From the human T2T-CHM13v2.0 reference genome, Homo sapiens: a stretch of 64,000 nt of DNA. Every line of letters starts with the position of its first letter. Positions within the stretch are counted from its first letter, which is position 1. Both the position numbers and the translations under genes were made by a program. A model generated the notes under the pieces. It searched no databases. It was given only the letters and a program-made list of their open reading frames with translations, and had not been told where the DNA came from. Location: assembly GCF_009914755.1 (NCBI RefSeq), contig NC_060948.1. The stretch is one strand, 5' to 3'. Positions 56,003 to 64,000 of the stretch are shown here, one piece after another.

Positions 56003-56453
56003 TGAAACCAGCCTGATGTCCCCATAGAAATGATATAATGATTTTTTAAGTAAACATGGAAATTGATACTCCCTAGTCTTAAAACTTGAAACATTTACTT
56101 TATCTGAATTCTTTCCTCAGGAAACCAACCCTCAGGCAAGGAACTAAAATTCATCAGATTACCATATCCAGACAATGAGACACCAGACCCCTCATTCATC
56201 ATGAATGCTTCCTTTCTTGTCCCTAATTTACTTCCCCCACACACATACGTAGTTAGATTCCCTCCACCACTATCTAAACCCCCAATTTTACTTAGCTAAG
56301 GAGACAGATTTGAAGTTTGGCTACCATCACTCCTGCTGACGTCACCTGAATTAAAAGCCTTCTTCCTGGCAGTAATTGTTGTCTCAGTGATTCACTTTCT
56401 GTGTGGTGAGCAAAAGGACCTATACCAAACCCCTGGCATTTCAGTATACTACA
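56003..56453 (+). mobile_element. ERV1 solo LTR (MER83/MER84/LTR47-like)
   Basis: TGAAACCAGCC start, ATTAAA polyA-like signal, ends CA; 4-bp TSD TAAG at 55999-56002 and 56454-56457. Confidence 0.8.
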
Positions 56454-56869
56454 TAAGGTCTGATATAACAGTAATCATACCAAATCAGTCATTTTAGAAG
56501 GTCTAAAACAATTTTAAAAGATTGCCTTCAAACAGAATAGTATCACTTAAATTGACCTCTTCCCTAGAAACTTAGCTGGGAAAACACATAACTGCTTTGC
56601 AAATATATTTATAGCAATAAAAAACACATAAATAAGCAACAATTTTAATGAAATGAATAATAATGACTCAGAGGCAGAGATGTCTTTAAAAATTTTTGCC
56701 ATTGGAATAATCGGAAGTAAATAATATAATTTGCAGCAGGGTGGAAAGCATTGTATATGTGTTCCTACTAACTAAGTACGAATCCAGTAAGATTGTATGA
56801 CACATTTTTAAAAAGCATATTCTTAAAAACAATCTTTACTTCCTTTAAAAATATCTTGGATGCTTTGTA

Positions 56870-57470
56870 AAAAATAATGTCTGTTCATCATAAAATTCAA
56901 AATGCCAGGAATATTATAAGAAAAAAATAAAAATTAACAGAAACCTTGCCTTTTTTGCAGAAAAGTCCTGAATAGAAGTTTACATAAATAAGAGAATTGG
57001 TGTTCTATAAAGTGTTTTTCTTTAGTCAACAATATGATTAGTACATTTTTCAGGAAATAGTACAATATTTAATAATTTTTAATAGCTATATATTATGTAA
57101 GCACCAGAATTCCTTTAGTCAGTTTCTATCAAGGGATATTTAGATGATTTTTCAACTTTTCTATATTATTAAAAACATCATAAGATGAATCCTTATGTGT
57201 ACATAATTTTGAATATGTGCAATTATTCCCTTAGTGTAACCTTTTAAAAGTGAGTTTTTTAATATATCAAAAGGAATAAGCATTTTACATATGGATTCAT
57301 ATTGTAAACAAATCCTCTTCCCTAATTGCACTATAACATCTGAGATTGTTCCTTATTTTATGTCCTCAACAAGCCTGGGTTTTGTCAAATTTCTTAAACA
57401 TTTTCTTTTCATTTTTTTAATGATTATCATACCATTGTTCTAATTTCCTTATTAATGAATAGAAATTATT
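56870..57470 (-). mobile_element. Ancient L1ME 3' fragment
   Basis: ATTTAGATGATTTTTCAACTTT, GATGAATCCTTATGTGTACAT and ATCAAAAGGAATAAGCATTTT degenerate L1 motifs. Confidence 0.5.
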
Positions 57471-57479
57471 ACTTTTTTT

Positions 57480-58395
57480 TTGGCCTTGGTGAAAAAAAGT
57501 CCAAGTTTTGGAGCTCATCCATAGCCTCTATTCCTGCCACCATAGACACTTGTTTCATAATCTCATTGGATAATTGCCAGGGTGACCAAGGAAAGAGACT
57601 AACTGACATTCAGAATAGGTCACCTTGTCCACCTGATTAAAGATCATGTGCCACAGTAGATTTCTTCAGGTGGACAGTTATACGGCTCATAAATATAATC
57701 ATACTATGTGCCTATTCTGAGAGATCCATCGAATACCTCACCCTCTTGTCATTGCTCTTCAAATCTTATCCTTTTTAGTCCCTGATTAACCTGATTAGCA
57801 AATCATTGGTCACTGCCTATAAATCACTGTAGATCCATATCTGAGATAATCTTTCCCTCCATGCAAACTACGTATCTAATTTCTGCTCACTGAGAGAATT
57901 TCCCTTCAATACTATCTTTCGAGACCACATCTTAATAGGACCATAGTGCAGTGGCCATCAGTGGGGCTGGTTTGTCATGAAAATCTACCTATCAACTAGA
58001 ACTTTACTCTTTTGTTCTTTCATTATTTGGTAAAAGGGAATCTCCCCACAAGGTAGTTGGTATGAGCCATGGGTCAGGTAGCAAAGTAACAGGGGTAGGT
58101 ACTCTAAGAGTCTGAGCCTCCTACCTGGTTTACTTGTGCATTCAGACCTGCACTAACAAGGTCTCATATATACCATATCAATTGTGTAAAGTTATGCTAC
58201 TGTACATATCCAATTGTATGGTTTTTAAATCAGGTAAGTCAAAGTCCAGAATGGTCAAAGAGTCACTTACTGTCCAATTTATTTCTGTTTAAGGAGATTG
58301 TCTTTGGGGGGGGGGGTCCTCAAATATGTGAGCAAACCAATCCCAGAATCTCATTTTGAGAATCTGTTTTATGGGACCACTTTTGGGGTAAATTA
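57480..58395 (-). mobile_element. Old ERVL internal fragment (RNaseH region)
   Basis: Similar to 38270-38930 (GGTCACTGCC, GCTCACTGAGAGAATTTCCCTT, CTGCCACCATAG); abuts LTR33. Confidence 0.65.
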
Positions 58396-58875
58396 CTGTA
58401 TCGGTAAGGATCTCAGAAATCTGACATTACACTTAAACTAGTTTCTCAGAAATTTAATATTAAAACTAATTTCAAAAATGTGAATACAGTTTGGAGAAAC
58501 CAAGATGGAAGTGATTACCACCATTAAGAATGAAAAGGTAAGTCAAAGAGCATTTACAGAATTAAAAATTTTAAAAAGCCAAAAAACAAAAACAAACTAA
58601 TGAGAGGTGCGCGAGAGTGAGAGAGAGAGAGAGACTGCTAGGATTTGTGGTCTCTGATAGAGGAACAAAACTATCTGCCATAAAGCAATGGAGAAGAAAG
58701 CAGAGGAATAAGTAACTCTTTTTTCTCCCACCTTCTGATTTTTTTTGTCAGAGCCTTCCATTCATCAAACTCCACTAGAAGCCGGAAGGATGGGAGGTCC
58801 ACTAAAGTAGTCCATACAGTTAAGCCTTCAAAAATGTGCAGCAAAATAAAGAAGGATACATTGTAGAACTGGAGA
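58396..58875 (-). mobile_element. LTR33-like ERVL LTR
   Basis: CCTTCCATT...CAAACTCCACTAGAAGCCGGAAGG...GTCCATACAGTTAAGCCT motifs of reverse LTR33. Confidence 0.6.
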
Positions 58876-59019
58876 TTTGATTTAAGTATTGTGTGTGTGT
58901 GTATATATCTATATATATGTTATGTTATATATGTATTGTATAGCATCATATATATTTTATTATATGTACCATATATTTTATGTATTCTTTTGAATATATA
59001 TTTAAATAAATAATATATA

Positions 59020-60420
59020 CTTATATTTATAAAACCAAAATTTTCCCCATCGTTCATTTTCTAAAATGATCTTGGCTGTCATTACCTGTTTTTCTTTAAG
59101 ATGAGCTGTAGAATAATTTGCCATCTTTCAGAAATAAGAAAAATCAAATTTTATTTTTAACTGGTATTACATACACTTTTAGATCAATTCAGAGAAAACT
59201 GATATTTTTGTATTATTTAAAACTCCTTTTCAAAGCAAATAGTTTATCTCTAGTCAAATTATTTATGTCTTTCAGTAGAGTTTTAGAGCTTCATATAGGA
59301 ATTTTGTCTTTTGTGTTAAGTTTATTCCTCAGTGTTTTCTGTGGTTTTGCTATAAAAAATAATAAATTTTCTTCCATTATATTTTATATTTCTTATTATT
59401 TGTATATAGGTTGCATATTATAGAACATAATATTTATTATTTTGTACATTAATTCTATGATGAGCAAAGACTATGGAATAATGATAATCTCGAATTGTTT
59501 TTTAGTTGATTCTTTAGTTTTTCAGGAATATAATAATTTCCTCTGCAAGTACTGGTAATATTGCCCTCTTCTCACCAATATTTATATCTCTCATATAATT
59601 TCCTAGCTATACTGAAACAGCGAGCATATCCAGTAAAAAGTTAAATAGTAGCAAAAATAGCTTGCTGTTTGTATTATTCTTAACTTCAATAAGGTTGAGC
59701 ATAACATTTCACTTTTAATCATGATTTAAGATATATATCTTGAATCATGTGTTTTGAGATACACATCTTTACTCTTCAGGCTGAGCACAGTGGCTTACAC
59801 TTATAATACCAATGCTTTTGGAAGTCAAGGTGGGAAGATCGCTTCAGGCTTGGAGTTCAAGCCCAGCCTGAGCATTATAGCAAGACCCCATTTCTACAAA
59901 AACATTACTAAAAAATTAGCTCGGTGAGGTGGTGCATGCCTGCAGTCCTAGCTACTCAGGAGTCAGAGTTAGATCAGGAGTTTGAGGCTGCAGTGAACTA
60001 TAATTATAACACTATACTTCAGCCTGGGTGACAGAGCAAGACCCTCTCTCTAAAAATATTTTTTAAATATATCTTAATTCTTATTTCATATAACCTTCCA
60101 TTCTCACAATTAGAGATGGTTGTTGGATTTTACCAAATAACATTTATATTTCTGAAGGTATGTAGAAGACATTTTAAATCTACCTTATTAAATAAAACAA
60201 ATTATATAGAAGTAAATTTCTAAAAAAATTGAATTTTCTAACATGATATAAATCACCCCTACTTTCTATGCTTTATTATATTATTCTTTATCATACTGGT
60301 GAACTTTACTAACTTTTTTAAATTTATATCATAAGTATTAGTATGTAAAGTTGATCTCTCATTTTCTTTTTTATAATCTTCACCAGATTTTGGTAATTTA
60401 AATTCATAATTTAATCCATA
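59020..60420 (-). mobile_element. Ancient L1ME ORF2 fragment, interrupted by Alu
   Basis: TTTGTGTTAAGTTTATTCCT, TTTAGTTGATTCTTTAG, GATGGTTGTTGGATTTTACCAAAT. Confidence 0.6.
59779..60056 (+). mobile_element. AluJ-like SINE
   Basis: GGCTGAGCACAGTGGCTTACAC...GGAGTTTGAGGCTGCAGTGA...CAGCCTGGGTGACAGAGCAAGACCCT. Confidence 0.88.
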
Positions 60421-60431
60421 TCAATTTAATA

Positions 60432-61145
60432 TAGTTGAACTTTGTGGAGGATTTTTGCATCTATGTTCATGAGAGATATTGGCCTATAGGGTTTTTGTTT
60501 CATGCTTTCCTTGCCAAGTTTTGGAATCAGTATGATGCTGGCTTTGTAGAATGAGTTAGAAAGGAGTCCCTCCTCCATCTATTGGAATAGTTTTATTATG
60601 ATTCATACCAGCTCTTCTTTGTACATCTGGTAGAATTTGACTGTGAATCCATTTGGTCTGGGGCTTGTTTTAATTGGTGTGTTTTTTATTACTGATGTAA
60701 TTTTGGAATTTGATATTGATCTGTTTGGGATTTTAATTTCTTCTTGATTAAATCTTGGGAGATTGTTTCCAGAAACTTATCAGTTTTCTCTGGATTTTCA
60801 AGATAATGGGCATAGAAGTGTTCATAATTATCTCTGAGGATCTTTTCTATTTCTGTGAAATCAGTCACAATGTCACATTTTTTGTTCCCGATTGTAGTTA
60901 TTTGGATCTTCTCTTTTTTTCTTTATTAATCTAGCTAGTACTGTATCAATCTTGTTTATTCATTCAAGAAACTAATTTTGTTTTGTTTTTGTTGATTCTT
61001 TATATGAATTTTTGGGTCTTAATTTCATTGAGTTTTACTCTGATTTTACTTATTTATTTTCTTTTGTAAGCTTTGGAGTTAGTTTGTTCTTGTTTTTCTA
61101 ATTCCTCTAAGTGTGACGTTACATCATTAATTTTTAATCTTTCTA
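60432..61145 (-). mobile_element. L1 (L1PB/L1MA age) ORF2 fragment
   Basis: GAGGATTTTTGCATCTATGTTCAT, CTTCTTTGTACATCTGGTAGAATT, ATTAATCTAGCTAG. Confidence 0.85.
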
Positions 61146-61164
61146 TCTATCCTAAATCTCCAGT

Positions 61165-61990
61165 TTCTGAGAAAAGATTATCCCAAATTTATAAAATAAA
61201 TCATGAAGTGTATAGAATGAGGAAATAGTCCCTTATTTTTTTCTGTAAGACCAGTATAATTTTGATATTCAATGAAGAAAGATGGCACAAGGGAAAGAAA
61301 ATTGTTATTCAATGTAAATTTACCTCATGAACATAGATACAATAATTACAAAAAATGCAAAAAACCAATTACATAAATACAAACAAACACATATATATGT
61401 ATGTATATGTTTGTATGAATGTATGTCATAGTCAAATTAGCACTAAGAACCCAAAGGTAACTTAGCATTATAAAAACTTTAAATGTTATTGCTAACAGAT
61501 TGCAGGAGAAATCTCACAGAATTACCTAAATAGTTTTTTTAAATGCATTGGCTAAATTTAATATTAATTCATGTGAAAATCTTTTGGAAATTTATGAATA
61601 TAATAAAACATTTAAACCAGACAATATGTTGCCTAATCAAAATGTATAATAAGCATGACTATTAAAGGTGAGATCCTATTTACATCAAGAGAATAATGTG
61701 CATATCACTGCATTTACTGAATATCATACTGGTTGTTATGGTCAATCTGGTAATTTTTTTAATGCAATGCATATACAAAAAATATAAAAACTTTCATAAT
61801 TCACACATGATATTAATGTCTATATTTAGAAAGTACTTCATTATTAAATTATTAGAAATGTTGAGAGTTTGGAAAGTAGGCCAGAAATGGGATCAAACTG
61901 CATAACAAAACAAAACCCCTCTAAATGTCTATATAATAATAAGAAAGTTTTAGAAAAATAGAAATTTACAAATATATCATTTAAAACAGA
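61165..61990 (+). mobile_element. Ancient L1M ORF2 fragment
   Basis: CTCATGAACATAGATAC and other A-rich degenerate RT-region motifs. Confidence 0.5.
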
Positions 61991-61994
61991 GTCT

Positions 61995-64000
61995 TCTAAG
62001 TTTTTCCCACAAGACGGTGGATTAGAGGCATTTAGCATGCCTCGGCTGCTTGGAAATAGCAAGATAGTGCATAAAGATCAACTCTGTGAGCTTCAATTCA
62101 AAAAGGAAAATGTGAATCCACCAGAGTCATGAAGGACACCCCAGATCAGGAGAGCAGAGGACACTGGCAAACAGCCACTATGATGGCATCTGGCTGATAA
62201 AATTTAGTGCAACCACAGTATGTGAGAGAGGAAGAGAGTCTTTCTCTGTGACTCACATTTACACTGGAGATCTGAGGCAACCCAAGCCGAGGCAGAGCAT
62301 TTTTTTTTTCTCCCAAGACGAGAGCTAACCTGAGAAGAAGCTTGGAGATGCTGTGAGGAAAAGACATGAATAAAAGCTGCAGGCGTTTTCCCAGACCTGG
62401 GACTGAGAACAGAACACCATTTTTAATCTGGGTGCAACAAAGTCAGCCATTCTTTGGTGATCCGGCAGTGTGGCCATGCAAACATTTCAGTCTCAGGCTG
62501 GAAATTTGAGTGCTCGTTTTGGAGATGGGTAAGGACATTCACAGCTAGAACTGTGGAAAGTGCCTCAGCAGTAAGCAATGGAATTTTGCTCTCCCCCATC
62601 TCAAACCTGCAGCAGGAGGAGAGCTGCTATAGCTGCAATTTCTCCTGGGCTGTGAACCTTGCAGCCAAAGCCACCTTGATGACCTAGAACCAATCTATGT
62701 GTCCCATAACTGTGTGCCCCAGACTGCTCCCCTGAGATCTTGGTGCAGCGGGCCCCTCTCTGCTCCACTCCCAGGCAGAAATCCAGGCATTTGGAGGATT
62801 CACTTCTCTGCAACTGCAGCCTGAGTTGCCCTATCCTACATTGACATAGATCACAGTACAGTGGGGCCCTCTCTGCTCTATGGCCACGGAGGTATCTAGG
62901 CATTTGGAGAACACACTCACTTGGATCTACAGCCTGACCTGACCTACAATTTCTGTGCTGAGATCTTTGTGCAAGAAGTCCTTATCTGCTTCAGGCCCAA
63001 AAGTATCTCCAGGAATTTTGAGCAATCCCTCATCTAGATCAGCAGACTGAGCCACCTGACCCTTCTAGGACATAGATTGTGGTGCAGTGACACCCTCTCT
63101 GCCCCATGCCTGGGCAAATCTCCAAGCATTTGGAACACCAACTTGCCTGGATTAGTGGCCAGAGCCACCTCACCCTTCCTGTTCAGAGATCCTCATGCCA
63201 GGGGGGCCTTCTCTGCTACATGCCCAGGCAGATCCCCAGGCATTTGGTGTGCTTACTCCTGGATTAGGAGTTTATTCCACTCCTGATTCCTATGCAAAGA
63301 ATTTGAGGCTGAGGAAATTCCCCAGTTCCAGGCTTAGGCACACCTCTGAGTGTTTGGTGGTCATCCAGCGAATGCTTTCTCAGTGCAGTTGCTTGTGCCT
63401 GCCATGAGGGGACCTGTAGATAGACCCTGACCATTGTAACCTCAGAACCCTGGGGTTAAGCAGGGAGGTCAGACTCCTGGGCATTTTGCAAAATAGCCCA
63501 TTGCCTAGGCAACAGACAGTAAACAAGGATCAAGTGTATACCCAGCTGCATGGGTCACAGGCAGCTCTTACCTGTAAGTTTTTACCTACTGGATTGTACG
63601 TTGAACTGCACAGCCCAACATAAAACCTGCTGAAAGAAGAGCATAGGGCTGTAGGAGCAAAACCAACAAACCCTATCCAGCATTCCTTACAGTCACACAC
63701 ACTAGGGAGGGGAGCAATAGGAAAAAGAAGGAAAGAAAAGAAACCAATAATATTTAGAGAAAGAAATAAAAAGAAAAAAATCCTAACTGAATAAAAGTAA
63801 CTATAGAAATTAGAAACGCCAGCATCTCCAGATGAGAAGTAACCAGAGCAAACATTTTGGTACCATAAAAAATCAGAATGTAATGACACCACCAAAGGAT
63901 CACACTAGCTCTCTAGCAATAATCAGTAAATAAAAGGAAAGCTTGGAAATGGCGGATAAAGAATTCAAAGCATAGATTGCGAGGAAACTCAATGAGATCC
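61995..64000 (+). mobile_element. Old primate L1 (L1PB/L1PA16-era) 5'UTR and start of ORF1, continues beyond window end
   Basis: CAAGACGGTGGATTAGAGGC 5' terminus; GC-richer UTR; ORF1 N-terminus PKDHTSSLA...EMADKEFKA.IARKLNEI at ~63885-64000. Confidence 0.8.
62734..63270 (+). repeat. 113-bp-period tandem array (~5 units) inside the L1 5'UTR
   Basis: (G/T)AGAT anchors at 62734, 62847, 62960, 63073 and 63186; each unit carries CTCTGC- and AGGCATTTGG-like motifs. Confidence 0.85.

Noticed and set aside
59020-61990. Oppositely oriented old L1 fragments as an inversion of one element
   Set aside because: The two fragments appear to cover overlapping ORF2 coordinates and are highly dissimilar, which fits independent insertions

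Overview
AT-rich, gene-poor primate genomic DNA, most likely human because it holds an AluYa5-type insertion. It is intergenic or deep-intronic, and most of it is a nested mosaic of transposon fossils: L1 of several ages, L2, MIR, about 15 Alus, MaLR/ERVL/ERV1 LTRs and DNA-transposon MITEs. The LTR elements include a solo HERV-W LTR17, two solo ERV9 LTR12s, a deleted ERVL/MLT2 provirus with intact TSDs, and an ERV1 5' LTR-PBS-gag remnant. I find no intact protein-coding gene, tRNA/rRNA or CpG island. The listed ORFs are repeat-derived or chance ORFs. I do not see convincing evidence of a new biological system. The most unusual things seen directly are a ~240-bp palindrome centred on a MADE1 element, a 5'-truncated AluYa5 likely to be polymorphic, a strong candidate minus-strand exon downstream of LTR promoters, a recently expanded NF-Y repeat array in one LTR12, a triplicated target site with two tandem Alus, and a 113-bp-period array in an old L1 5'UTR. 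Subfamily names come from recall of consensus sequences and need RepeatMasker/Dfam confirmation. Boundaries of old elements are approximate.
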